From NCBI RefSeq assembly GCF_963921235.1, contig NC_086108.1:65846001-65910000 (forward strand): a DNA stretch of 64,000 nucleotides. Reading direction: 5' to 3'. The position numbers were made by a program, and so were the translations under genes. Below are positions 25,201-40,200 of this stretch, piece by piece. How positions within the stretch are numbered: position 1 is the stretch's first letter; the number at the start of each line of letters is the position of its first letter. The notes beneath the pieces are model-generated. The model did no database searches, was not told the origin of the DNA, and saw only the letters and a list, made by a program, of their open reading frames with translations. The DNA is from Mobula hypostoma. Taxonomy: Eukaryota.

Positions 25201-28200
25201 GACCACTGGCATATACTACAACCTCAAATTAGGTACTGTAGTAAATATCCAATTATCTGCAAAACATTTATTGCACAAAATAAAAGTAGTACTAAAGTAT
25301 TTTGGATATGCAATGTTGCTCACCTGTGCTCACTGCAATGCTAACACTTTTCTTCATTTGAATTGCAGGAGATGTCTGGGTTTCCATTGCAATAAATCCC
25401 AGTTTTCTTTCTGACTGCAATGCTGGATCAGCATTCTTTGAAAAGCAATGGGTCATAGGGGTTGATGCTTCACAATGCTGTGTATCCAAAAGCTGTTGTA
25501 TCTGCATGTAGCAAACAAACATTAAAATGCAAATAACCTATTAGGTCTTCCTAAAATCTCAAATAAATATAATTTTTAAAAAGCCTGCAATTGTTGCACA
25601 ATAAATAAAAGAAAATAAATACTGGAAATGGCAGGTCAAGCATTGACTGTCTAGAGACACTGATTGGTGTTTGCCTGAATTGAGAAAGAGAAAAACAAGT
25701 TACTTTTCAATTCCAGAGGAGGGTCGTTGTAACATGGCTAAAACAAAGGGAATATGCTGATAGGGCAGGGCCAGGGTTGCCATGGGGTTAAGCTGTTACT
25801 GAATTTATTTGGTTGATAATTTAATAAGGGTAAAAAGAAAGGGATAACATCATCAATGGGATGTAACAGTTGTAAAGTGCAGAGCTGTGGGAAGTGTTAA
25901 TCATGTTAGGCCACTGTAGTGGGTAACGAAAAACAGTGATGCCCTGCAACAAAACTGGTCAGTTCTCATACAAAAACAGCTATCATGTGACCTTAAATTA
26001 TTGATTTTGATATAGAGGCCAGAAAGCTGCAACATGTCCATTTGGAAGAGAGGGTTCTATCCCTCAGAGTTGTACTGGGTCTCATTAGAAATATAGAAAC
26101 ACGAGAAAATCTGCAGTTGCTGGAAATCCGAGTAACACACACAAAATGCTGGAGGAACTCAGTAGGCCAGGCAGCAACTATGGAAAAAAGTACAGTCGAC
26201 GTTTTGGGCCGAAACTCTTCCGTAGGACGGGTCAGAAATATACGAGGGGTGATTGATAAGTTTGTGGCCCATGGTAGAAGGTGTCAATTTTAGAAAACCT
26301 AGCACATTTATTTTTCCTACATTTACATACTTAGTCCAGCGGTCGTGGAGCATACTGATCCCTTCTTTGTCGAAGTCAGCGTCTTGGACCTCCAGAAAGT
26401 GGTCCACAGCAGGGGTGATTGATAAGTCCGTAGCCTAAAATAGGCGATGAGGAGAAACTTCAAACTTTCTGCATTTTCATTCAAAGAGTTGAACTGCATG
26501 TGCATGTAACGAGAGCTGTATAACTAATTTCCTTCTACCTTAGGCCACGAACTTATCAATCACCCCTGTGGACCACTTCTACAAAGGAGGGATCCGTATG
26601 CTCCATGACCGCTGGACTAAGTGTAGGAGGGGACTATGTTGAAAAATAAATGTGCTAGGTTTTCTAAAATTGACTCCTTCTACCATAGGCCACGAACTTA
26701 TCAATCACCCCTCCTATAGGAGGCTAAACAAGTAGGTCAGAGATGGAGTGGAATGGAGCTCAAGGCCACGCCTACAGTCTTATCACCTACTTTTCTTTCC
26801 CCACCCTCTCAACCCTTAAAAGCGCTAATTGGTTAGAAATCTGGAAGGCGTGTAATATCCAGCAAGAGCTCAAATTTCTTCAGATTGTCCCAATGCCTTT
26901 TGCCCTGGTCAGTTGAGTGCTTTTTGAACTATGGTACCATTTAATAGTAGGGATACAAATCAACCAATTTACATATAGCGAGACTCTACACAAAAAAGTC
27001 TTTTTATCCATTTAACTAAATTTAGTTAGGAGATAACATTGTACATTAGAACTGTCTCACTCTTTGGATGGTGATATATCTCTTATCATTTTGGTGCTGA
27101 CCAATAAAACTTGACAATTGACAGAAGGACAAACATCTGTGGTGCAATACTCGTTTGTACATTGGTGCTGGAAAGATTGTGAACCCAGTAGAATTTTCTC
27201 TATTTCTGCATAAATATTACTTAAGATGTGATCAGATCCTAAAACTAGATAAAGAGAACCTAATTAGATAAGTAACATAAAAAGCCTTATACTTGTTCAT
27301 TTATTGATTGAGAAAAATGATCTGCCAACTCGTGTTTCTCCCCCTATGCTTTTATTCTGATTTCTGCCCACTTCTTTTCCATTCCAGATGGTAGGTCTCA
27401 GCCTTGAAGCATGGACTGTTCATTTCCTTAACTGCTGAGATTCCCCAGCATTTTGTGTGTGTTACTTCAGCTACATCCATATCCAATCGTAATGACAGAC
27501 TTAGGGAACTAACTCCTACTATTTTCTGATATCGTTATATTCTTAATATAACTTCTTGCCCATAATGCACATAACTCACAAGAACTGCTGTTATAGTATG
27601 CTAGGGAAAAGGAAAATAAAGAATATTAAAAAAAAAAGGAACTTTTTGGAATGGCTTACTTGGGCCTGAAGGAGTTTTAGCTGCTTATCCTGTTCTACAA
27701 GAATCTTGTAGGCATCAAAAGGCAATCCCATTGTTACACCTTCCTCTCGGTCACTGTCTGGTCTGTTCAGAGGAACATGCGAACCTGTAGAAGGTCCTAA
27801 ACACATTTTGCACCAATTTGATGGTGGTGTGTGGGAGGCTCCAGGTGATTTTACCAAACTACTGTTTGGAGGTGACGTGCTTCCTGCTTGTCCAGGTGAA
27901 CACTGCTTCAGTGGACTGGTGTTCAAATACAGACCACTACAATGAGAAATTGGCAAATATCCTAGTGCTTGTTGGCATGTTGCAGTGCTGCAGTCATGAC
28001 AGGTAGGCGAGTGGACACCTTTGGAACCAAATGTTGAACAGGATCCTTGCCAATTAGTATTCAATGAAGATCCACAGCAGGGTCCATGGTGCTGGCAACA
28101 ATTACAGTATCTAGGTGGATACGCTGTGTGAAAATGTGCTGGATGTCCTAGTAATTGCATTTCAGACGAAAGAGGTGGGAAATTAGGAGAGTGCTGATGC

Positions 28201-31200
28201 GAATGCTTGCTTGATTTGTTGGAAGATGATGATAGTCCTTGTGGCTGTTTTGTGTTGGATATGGATTGCTGGCCTCCAGCAGAAACTCCTCCTTGACCTA
28301 CAACAATGTTTTTCCTTGAATCAACTACTTCAGCAGGAACCCCCATTTCAGGCTGGTCTATGGAAGTATCAGGTGAAGACCCATTTATTGAAGACGAAGA
28401 TGATGACCCTGAACTCTCCCTCACAAAATTACTCCCCTTTTGAGGCTTCAATACAGTTTTTCCTTTATAGGACTTGAGCATTGGTGCAGGTTCATGTGAA
28501 ATAGTCACATTTTGTTTCAAAGTAGGAGATACATCTTGAGATGGCAGTGCAAGCTGTCCATTTTCAGAATGCTGTTTCATTGAGTTAAAGGTTCCAGATG
28601 TGTCACAGGTTCGGAGAGTCTGTTGCTTTAGTCTTCTTGGAGCATTTTTTGAGTCTACAAAACTTCCATCAAATACAAGTGATAGCTCAGGTACAGAAGG
28701 ATAAATTCTTGGAAACTAAGGCAAGAAAGGAAAAATACTTTAGTAATTTGAAGGTGTGCTTGAAGTTGAGATATTCCACTCAGAAAGAGAATTCGAAGAT
28801 GGAAATTAATCTTATATTCCTTATAATTTAACAGAGTATGCAAGGTTAAGTCATATAATGCCAGATTAAAAAAAAAACACGTTAAATTGTACAGCACTAC
28901 ATTGCATCATGGTCTGCTTTACAAAGGATCAGTACTGGGAATTGGGGACAAACACAGGTGAATATTTTTCAAATTACAGGATTGGACTAACATCAAATAT
29001 TCCTGTGCAATTATGCCTTGTGTGCACAATTTTAACTATTGGTTAGTTCTTCAACCAGTTGAAGAACATGGGGGTTAACATTTTGCAAAAGTATATTGTA
29101 TTTTAAAATCTGTAATTGCAAATTAGAATTACCAATGTCCTTGAAAGGAACAAATCAGAGAAAGGAGAATAGTCCCAGTAATACTGAATTATGCTGGCAA
29201 GTTAGACTTGAGACAACACATGGACAATGGAGCCCAACTGTTTGTCTAAGAAACTAAAAGAATCTTGACATGTCTTTGCTCATTTATGAAGAGAAAGGTA
29301 AAGATGAGTTAAGTGTACCACTTATACCATTGCTTGAAACATGTGTTTATTAGTGCATCCACATGCATTTTTATCTTTTAATGTTGGATTAATTAAATGT
29401 GATTAAATTCTCCCACAATTACTGTATTTAAAATAATCCATGCAATGAATATTAATATGCACTATAGTACTTAAGTGCTTCTCCTTAAAATACAGTAACC
29501 AAACCTTTTGTCCAACTGGATGTGGACTTGGTGTTGGTCTTGGAGAAAGGTCCTCTTCCTCTACACCACAGTCATTGTCTCCAATAGCTACCTTGTTTGC
29601 AAATAATCCACAGTTAATTCTGAAACAGAATTAAAAATTAAATGAACCAAATTATACGTAACAATGGAGGTATCTACTTAGCTAGGGATATACATCAAGC
29701 ACAACCTATTAACTAATTCATTACAGAATTAGACAGTACTGAAATGGACATTTTTGGTCCATCTTGTCCATGCCAACAGTGATGGCTATCGACACTATTA
29801 ACATTAGGACCCTTAATCCCTCTACATCTTAGCCTAAGTACCTGTCCAAATGCCCTTTGAACATTATAATTTAGTCATACAATTCTAATGTTTTAAAATG
29901 ACAGTTCATAAAATTATGTTCAAATCCCATTTTAGTTGATGACAAGCATATTTTAATTATAGAGAACTTAGGACCAATTCTACTGTAATAATATACCTTA
30001 GTGGGAGCTTTCCAACTAATATTTTTTTATGAACTTTGCTAAAACTTTTCTTCATTCAAGTTTAAATGCAGGAAGCTTGACAGACAAGGTTGATGAACTC
30101 AGGGTATGGATTGGATCTGCAGACTGGGATATTATAACCATAACAGAAACATGGCTTAGGGAAGGGCAATACTGGCAACTCAATGTTCCAGGGCTCAGAT
30201 GCTACAGGCATGACAGAGGTACAGGCAAGAGAAGAGGGGGAATTGTCTTCTTGATGAAGGAGGACATAACAACAATTCTTAAAATGGATGTTCTCAGGGA
30301 TTTATTCAGTGAGCTCATGTGGATAGAACTCGGAAGCAGAAAAGTCATTCTGATTGGAATGGACTATAGGATCTCCAGTGGTCAGTGAGAATAGGGGAAG
30401 CAGAGATATAGAGAGATTGCTGACACTAAGCATTATAGAATAATATTCGAGCAGGGGTTCCCAATCCTAGGACCTCTTGCTTAATGGTATTGCTCCATGG
30501 CATAAAAAAGGTTGCGAACTCATGTATTAGAAGATTTTAACTTACCTAATATTAACTAGGCCAACAATAGTGTGAAAGACTTGGAGGGGGATTGGTGAAA
30601 TGTGGTCAAGAAAGCTTCCTTAATCAGTACATATCCCTTTGCCTATTTATTTATTTTTGTAACATAGCAAGTTTTATATGTTGCACTGTACTACTAGCAC
30701 AAAACAACAAATTTCATAACATACACTATGTCAATGATAATAAAAATAATACTGATTGTACAGGAACCTATTAGAGAGGATGCAACACTGGACTTCCTCC
30801 TGGGAAATGGGGTAAGGCAAGTGACAGAAGAGTCTGTCAGTGAACACTTTGGTTTCAGTGACCATAACTGTTTGTTTTAAAATGGTTATGGAGAGGGATA
30901 CGACTGATTCACAGGTTAAGGTCCTGAATTGCAGCCATTAGTTGAGATCTTGTAGTAATAAAGCTTGCAAGAAAAGTGTATCTATGAAGTGGGAGGCCTT
31001 TAGAAGTGTGATGTCAAGAGCTCACGGCCTGCATGTTCTTGTTAGGAGGAAGGGCAATGCTGGCAGGTTTAGGAAACCAGGAATGAGAGAAGATATTGAA
31101 GCTCTGGTAAGAAAAAAAAAGACAATGGCATGCATTGTGCATAAGCAATTAAGAACTAGTGAATCGCTTGATGACTACAAGTGCAGGAATGAACTTCTCA

Positions 31201-34200
31201 TAAGTTAGAAGGGCAAAAAGACAATATAAGAAGGCTTTGGCAGGCAAGGAGAAGCACAATCCCAAGGATTCTATAAGTATATTAAGAGTAAGAGGGTAGC
31301 TTGGGAGAGGTAGGTCCCTGCAAAAAAAAAAAATCAGATTGTCTGAGTGTGGAACCAAAAATAAAAAGCGTGAGATTTTTAATGAATTTCTTCACAGCAA
31401 AAATTGAAGAGCGATAACAACGGAAACTAAGAAAATGGGGAAAATAATTGATGACATCTTGGACCACATAAGGATTAAATGGGCAAAGAACTGGAGGCTA
31501 TGAAGTGCATCAAGTTGGATAAGTCCTCAAGGCCTGACCTAGTGCATTCTTGGATCTTGTGGGAAGCTACAGAACAAACTGCAGAGGCCCTTGCAGAAAT
31601 TTTTGCTTCATCTCTGACCACAATAGAAGTTCCATAAGAACTGGAGAGTGGTTAATGTAGTACCATTGTTTAAAAGGGTAACAAAAAACAAGCCAAGAAA
31701 CTACAGGCCAGTGAGTCTGACATCAGTAGTGGGAAAATTGCTGGAGGGGATTCTGAGCGACAAGACCTACCAGCATTTGGAGAGATTGTCTGATTCGAAA
31801 CAGCACAGCTTTGTACATGGGAAATCATGTCTGACAAACCACCTGGACTTTTTTGAGGAGGTAACCAAGAAGGTACATGTGGGTAGGGCAGTGGATGTTG
31901 TCTATATGGATTTTAGCAAAACCTTCGGCAAGGCTGCTTACAGTAGGTTAGTCACGCAAGATCATATGGGATCGAAGGGAAAATAACTTATTAGATTTGT
32001 AATTGTCTCAGTGCTTGGAAGCAGAGGATGATGTTTGAAGGTTGTTTCTCAGTCTGGAGACCTGTGAGCCACAGGGGTCAAGTGCTGGGACAATTGTTGT
32101 TTGCAATTTATGTAAATGATTTGGATGTAAATGTACAGGATATGGTTAGGAAGTTTAGAGATGATACTAAAGTAGGTAATGTGTAGATAATGTAGAAGGT
32201 TATGAAAAATTAGAGGGATCTTAATCACAAACAAGAGAAAATCTGCAGACACTAGAAATCCAAGCAACACACACATAAAATGCTGGAGGAACTCAGCAGG
32301 CCGGGTATCTATGGAAAAGAGCACAGTCGACATTTCAGGCAGAGACCCTTCATCAGCTAGGTATGTTGGGGGGAGGGGTGAAATTGGCGAACAGCTTTCA
32401 ATCCAGATAAATGTGAATATTCTATTTTGGGAGATTAAGCCAATATAAGATTTATACAGTGAATCCTGGGTAGTGTTATGGAATAGAAGAACTGGGAGTG
32501 CAAATGCATAGTTGACTGAAATCAGCATCAACAGTAGATAGGGTAGTGAAGAAAGCATGTGGCACACTGGCCTTCATCAATCAGGGTAATGAGTACTTGA
32601 GTTGGGAAATTATGATGCAGTTATACAATTCATTGGTGCGGTTGCACTTGGAGTACTTTAAGTTTGGTTGACCCTATTACAGGAAAGATGTTATTCAACT
32701 TGACAGAGTACAGAACGATTTACCTGGAAGTTGCCTGGACTTGGGGGGGCCTATGTTACAAAGAGAGATTGCACAGACAAGGATTTTACTCTGTAGAATG
32801 TAGGAAATTTGAAGATAACCAAATAGAGGTTATAAGATTATGAGGAGCAGACAAGCTGAAAGCAGTCTTCTTCTTAGGGTGAGATTGATAAAAACAAGAG
32901 GGCATAGGTTTAAGATCAGAGACAAGATACTTAAAAGGGAAATCAGGACCAGCTTCTTCATGCAAAGAGTTGAATAAGCTGCAAGAAATAGTGGTTGAGG
33001 TGGGCACACAAGCAACAGTGATAGGAAGTATGTAAGATGCTATGGGCCAAAAGAAGACTGATAGGACTAGGTGCTGGGCAACAAAGTTGAAGTGGACAAG
33101 ATGAGCCAAAAGACTTGCTTCCATGCAGTATGATTCTATGACAAGGTTTCTGCCCCCCAAAATTATCTTGACTACAAATAATTTCAAGAGACATGCTATA
33201 AAAAGTGAAGTTGTGATACAATGGGAAAATAAGTCAAATTAAAACGCAAAATGGGATGCACTTCCATTCAGAAATAAATACAGGTGTTTTATTAGTGATA
33301 TCTTCTCATTTACGAAGATAGCGAACAGAGTTTTTGCATTGTCGTTCAAGAAAGGAGGCTTCCTTGAAACAAAATCTGCCCAAAATATAAGAGGAATCTT
33401 TGAAGAATGAGCAAGCTTAGACTTAAGGTGTGCTGTTAAAAAAAAAACAGGCTACCACCAGGGCTCCTCTGAAAGAAGAAAAGTACTGACTTGCCATTAT
33501 GCCAGGAGTATAATAATGTTGCTTTAGTCAAAGGGGGAAAGCAGACTAATTATTCAAAAGTTGCATCACATAGATTTACATGCAAATATGCAGAAACAAT
33601 GTTAGTACGTTTTATATTTTGAAATTAACTTTATTCACAATAAAAATATATACAAAACAAAAAACAGGGCAAAGAAAACTTGGATATTCATGGCATTACA
33701 TTCAGTCCTTTTTTTAAAAAAAAAATCAATGCACTATTGAAAGCATCCTATCCAGATGCATTAAGGCTTGGAATGGCAACAGCTCCGCCCGTGACTACAA
33801 GAAACTGCAGAGATCAGCGCATCCCAGAAACTAGCCTCCCCTCCATGGACTCTCTGTCTATGCTTCTTGCTGCCTTGGTAAAGCAGCAGCGTAAGCACAG
33901 ACACCCTATCCTACCCCCCCCCCCAGACATTCTCTCTTCTCCCTCCTCCCACCAGGCAGAGGATATAAAAACCTAATAGAACGTAGTATCAGACTAGAGG
34001 ACAGTTTCTTTTCCACTGTTATAATGCAGTTCCTTAGTACAATAAGATGTACTCTTGACTTCACAATCTACCCTGTTATGACACACACTTTATAACTGCA
34101 ATACTATTTTGCACTGTCACTGTTCTTGCCTTGTAAAACTGCAATGCAGATTTTATTAAATAGATCCATATAAATTGCATTCAAGATGTTTTCACTGTAC

Positions 34201-37200
34201 TGTACCTCAGTACCAGTGGCAATAATAAAGCAATTTACCATTAGTTCAAGTTTTTTTTAAAGAAAAAAAGAGCAAATAAGCAGAGCACCATAGCACTCAT
34301 GCCCCCTGATGTGATACACCATTTTCATTGTTCAAGGGACTTCACCACCCAACTCTACCACTCTATACTGCAACATCTATACTGTGGTCTTTTCCCATTG
34401 ACTTTGTATTAGCTGCACCAAACTTCAGTGCATTCCTCAGCATGTAGCCCTGTAGCCTGGACTGTCAGGATGCAGCAGTTCCTTACCGACATTTCGCTAT
34501 GTTGGAAGACCAAGGGGGGTCTTTCACCAAGATGATGACCTCCAGCAACACTTGATATCAGTCTCTATGTGTGACCCTGAGAACAGCAGAGTCCTCTGCT
34601 TTGCAGCTGCTGAGGACCCTTATATCTGTCTCCAAATTCTCTTAGCACATCCAGTCTGCAGAGGTGGGTTACCATCTCTTCCACACTGCAACTGTCCTGA
34701 GGGCTTCACCTTTGGGTAAGCAAGGTCTCACTGCTGGTTGGCGAGTCCTGGTGATGAGGCATTCTGCAAGATGGTTGCCAGTCTGCTTGGGAACCACCCA
34801 CCGTATTCATAGTGTCCTTGTCCTACAGTATCTGCAGGACGTTCCACACTGATTACTGCTTGATGGATGTGATCAAAGGTGTTTACTTGTAAGTACTCTC
34901 CCACAATGGACAGGTAGTGATTAGATTAGCTTTATCTGTCACATATGCATGTGCAGCAATTCCAGTAGGCTGGGGAATTGAATGATAATGGGTTCAGACC
35001 AATCTTCTGCAACACCAGGAACATGCAGAACCTTAGCACATAGTGACATATTGTCTGACGCATCCACACATTGAAGTGATCATAAGCGCACATTGGGTAC
35101 ACATGACCCCATCCTCCAAGGACCTAGACTTGCTCCATCTTAGATCCCAGATAAAATGGAAGACATCCGGGCAACTATTAAGGCAGAAGGGTTAGGAACA
35201 GGCCACACCTGTATCAAGTACAACAGTCCCAAGAGCATGTTATACCTGATAACCAAATTCTACTCAGTTATTTCTACAGATCCAATTTTTGTTTTACCTT
35301 CCCAATCCGCTCCAGTAAATTCCTGTTATATACCTCAGCCTCTCTGAACCAGATTCCTTGGCAACTTCAGGTCATCACACTGAGCAGAAGATAGCAACAC
35401 TGTTCACATACAGGGAAGTTTTGAATTGTGCACCTCCACTGCCTGGCATCATCACTCTACTTATACTTTTGCTGTTCCTAAGAGATACAGCAAAGGACTC
35501 TATGCAGCACACATACAAGAGGGGTGAATGGACAATCCTGCCCAACTCTGGACTTGATGACGAGCAAACTATCTGTCTGTCATCCATTAATTTGGATTGC
35601 AGTATAGAAATCCGTGTAGAACAATTGGATCCAATTCTGATTTCCTCCCCAAAAGCTGTTTTGGTAAGAATGCCCATCATGTGCATGTGTGATATCCTGT
35701 CAAAGTACTTTTCCTGGCCCAAACTAACAAGGCAGCCATCCTCTGACATGCACGTATGGTCTAGGAGCAGAATTGACCTGGTGTGCAATGGCTTTGGACA
35801 GGACCTTCTGGTCCACATTCAAAATAAAATAGGTCTCCAATCCCTGATGTCCTCTTCCTCTTGCTTGCTGATGAGGGCAATGGTACCTTCCCCCATGGAG
35901 TCTGACATGAAGCATAACATATTTTACTTGCAGTAGGTCAGGGCCCATCTAGACCCTCAAAGCCAAGTGCAACCCTGCTGGTATGTTGTTGCTTCCAGTT
36001 GTTCTATTTATGCCAGAGGAATAGATGGAACCGATCAGCTCCTCCAGGATCAATGGCTCATCCAGACTCTCTTACTTGCTATTGCCTAACTCTGCCAAAA
36101 TAAAGGACAGGATGTTCTGAGAGGCACTGCTGTCTTGATCTTTGTCATACAGATCCTCAATATGTCTGTCTGTGAAAATGTTACTGAATTGTCTTCTTCC
36201 TTACGGTTGTAGATCACAGAGCTTCCTCGGAGAATCTTTCGGAAGAAGCAGTGTAAGTACGTCTTATTCTGTTTCACAAAGCAGGCTCTGGATCTGAAGA
36301 TGATCTTGGAAGATCTTAAGGTACGCAGCACAGCTTGCTGACTCTTCATCTCTCGGGAGTTCCCTCTCAGAGGGAACTTGCTGAAAGTCTGTCTAGAGTT
36401 GGCACAATTCTTCTGTCCTGCTTTCTGAACACCTTTGTTGACGAAGAACCTCTTGCTGCTCTCCTTGGTTTCTTCTCACTGGTGAATCAGAAAGTCAAAG
36501 AGGGGCCTCACTGTTCTCCAATCTGTGTAATCCCTCTGATTTCCTAATACTCTTTGGCTTCAGCAGCCTGATGGTCTACTTCCGCATCTTCATCTACCTT
36601 TTTGTCCTACTGTAGGACAGGAGACCTGAAGGAGGCAGTGATCATAGAAAAACGCCAATGCAGCATCAGTGAATCTGAGCCTGATTGCCTTCGACATGAA
36701 GAGGAAGTCTATTTGGGAGTATCCTGAGCTGCCCAGTCTAGTCCAGTCCAGTCCAATCCAATCCAAGTGTATTATCACTGTGTTTCACCTGCGGGGGACT
36801 GAAGGTTTGCACAACTTTGCACCTTTAGCTATTTCCATCAGGAGTCTGAAGCTGCTAATAGTCCACCACGTATGGCTACTGAAAATGTAAATAATGATGC
36901 TTCAGATCTCCTCTGAGGTTCCCATGATCTCATATGTATCTATGACAATCAACAGAGTTAATTCTGTTTGATAACAATACAACTGCGCATTCTAGATGTA
37001 GCAAAGGGTTGGCGACCCAAAATATAGGAGTTAACTATTGAAGACCCATGCACTTGAACATGATTAACTCTTGCCAGAGAATATAAAAAGCAGGAGCACA
37101 AATGGGCCAATCAGCTGTTGTGTTTGACCATTTAGAAAGTTTGTACCTGACCCACTCTTAACTTCAACACCACCACCTTCCCACATTTTCCCCATATGCT

Positions 37201-40200
37201 GCAGAACTGTCTTATCAGTGATGTTTCGGATGCTCAGTCTTTAATATATTGATTAATGACTCTACTTTCGGGATACAGAATTCTAAAGGGTTCACAACCA
37301 TCAGATTCGAAATTCTTTTATCTCGATATTGAATGGGCAATCTCCCATTCAAAAACTACACTCAGTGGCTACTTTATTCGGTATACCTGCTCGTTAATGC
37401 AAATATCTAATCAGCCAATCATGTGGCAGCAACTCAATGCATAAAAACATGCAGACATGGTCAAGATGTTTAATTGTTGTTCAGATCAAACATCAGAATA
37501 GAGGAAGAAATGTTATACAAGTGACTTTGACCATGGAATGATTGTTTGTGCCAGATGGGCTGGTTTGAGTATCTCAGAAACTGATGATCTTCTGGGATTT
37601 TCAGGCAAAAGTCTCTAGAGTTTACAGAGAATGGTGCGAGAAACAAAAAACAACCAGAGATTTAGCAGTTCTATGGGTGAAAACACCTTATTATTGAGGG
37701 CAGAGAACAATGACCAGGATGGTTCAAGCTGACAGAAGGCAACAATAACTCAAATAATCACATTATAACAGAGGTGTACAGAAGAGTATCTTTGAAAACA
37801 AAATGTTCAGGTGTGTAACAAGGTGGCCACTACATGTACATCCACCAGTTCTTGCTAATTCCATAGAGCAAGAAGCTTCTTAATACCTCATCCCAAATCT
37901 GTGTTTGAATAAAATCTTTCATTCTATGTGTAGGCCCAATCTTAAACCTCCTCATAAAGCAACCCTTTATCTCAGCAATCAACCCAGTGGACATTTTTGG
38001 TCTCAATGCTGATGCATTTCCATAAACTGAGACTTATAGTGCATGCCAGAAACCCACCTGCATCCCATAAAATTGTGTCAAAGTTTTACTGTTATACTTT
38101 CCATTTCTTCTCACTAGTATTAACTTTTCTGGTTACTCATTATAATTGTATGTAAATGTCTCATGGACTACCAACCACTCATTGCCTTCATCCAAATTCA
38201 TAAAATAGAGGGCAAATAGTTGAAGTCCTAGCACTCATCCCTGTGGCATTGCATTGATTGACAATCCAAAAATGATTACTTTATCCTTATTTTATGTTAG
38301 CTAGACAGCATCCAGTCCATACCAACCTGGTGTCCTATTTGGTAAACTTTTGAGGCATCTTACTAAGTGCATTCTGTAAGTGCTTTCTAAATGGGGATTC
38401 GATGAAGTAGTGCAACTTCATCGAGTTCCCATTTCACATTTCCCTTTCAAAAATGCTTGACCCTTACGATTTTTTAAATATTTTGCTTTTAACTCCTTAA
38501 TAATGAATAGCGGAAAGTGGCAAAGAAACACCTCTCAAGTCAGTAAATTTTATAATGGAATTATGAAGACAAAGGCACCAAGAGAGTGTGGATCAGTTGA
38601 GCCAGGATGTAGGAAGAGACTGATTAGATGTTCAGAGTGTGGCTTCAGTCTTCTTAACAACTGACATACAATAATATTTTAAGCTATCTGCCCAATTGTT
38701 TATGGCTTTCTAATTATTTGGGATCCCCCCCTCCCTCCAAGAACAAAGAAATTTTAATACATTACATCTAACTACCTATACAGCCATTTTCTTAAGGGCC
38801 CCAAGATGCAGATTATGAGGTCTTTAGCACTATTAATTGACAGAGTGCATTTTTTTCCTTCTGGTAGATTATGTTAAGAGCTTTCTTTCCTATAAACGTT
38901 ATCTACCATAATCGAGGTATGAAAGACTGATCCAAAATCCAGCATCCCTTCTATTTCCCATGATTAATTATTCAGTCACAACATCTGAAACATCTAACTA
39001 TTTCAAGATATCTACAATACTAGCACTTGGGCAAATTCCTTCAATGCATCTAATTTCATCAGTCTCACTTCCTGCTTCTCCTCTGTTTACAAGGAACAAA
39101 TTAAACTTTATTGTCTAGATTGATAACAACTTCAAATATTCAAAAAGCTCAACACAATTTGGCACAAAGCACTTGTCATAATTTAAAGCCCACTTACTGG
39201 TTTCAAACTTAACTATAATCACCAGCCTTTGGAACACACTGGTTCCAGTGTGCTATTTACACACTGCAGTGCCACCTCTAGAATACATCTGAAGAATCTG
39301 CCAATGCAGTTTTTACATTCCCTGGAAGGAAGTGGTCAAGAAATAACTGGGAACATGATTATATCTATATCACAAACTCTTCTGCCCTGAGAACATATCA
39401 ATTTTTTCATAACTTTTCTACATTCAGATTGCAGGTGCTTCAAAAAGTAAAATCAAGAACGGATAATAAATGTTAGCCTTGTTTAAGGTTGCATAACCCA
39501 AGGATGAACTTTGATTTTTGTATATCTACTGTATGCAAACTAAATTTAGATTGCAGTAAACAATCATACTTCTTAATAGATCTTCCCTATTTTGGTGGGG
39601 GGGGGGAAGAGAGGCTATTTTGCATAAACTTAATATTGTGAGCTTTCTGATAATTAAATCAATCTTTGGACGGATTTGTTTTTCTATAATCAGGGCACAG
39701 AGCGCTTTGACAATGAGTTTTCAAATCCACTACCAAATTTGTAAGATTCTGTCTCTGTAAGTGAGTATGGCAAGGTTAGTACCCCTGAATCATGTATAAA
39801 GCTACAAATACATTGTTTATACAAAATGGAAAATTGACCTTCATCAGCATTTAGATTTTTTAAAAATTCCTGTAAAACAGAATTAAGTAATAAAGTGTGA
39901 CTGTGGAGAAGAAGATAATCAATAGAAGAGATTCCAAGATGAAACACTTTGCATTAGTATGTTCATATTAAATGGAACCAATCTCCAAACGGCCACTTGT
40001 AAGTGTACATTGTATTTTGCTGATCAAAACTTACGAGGTCCCCATGACATTGTTAACCACCTCCTTAAAGAAATCATTTTCTGGACTTTTATTTCCATCA
40101 CTGAGCTCAAATTCAATTGGCCGTTTTCCTGAAGACTCAGAGTTCTGAAAAAAAAATTGTTAAATTGCTCAATTAACTTTCTATGAAAGAGCAGAGTGAT

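Noticed and set aside
35358..35936. 192-aa plus-strand ORF
   Set aside because: Antisense shadow of the Tx1 reverse transcriptase.
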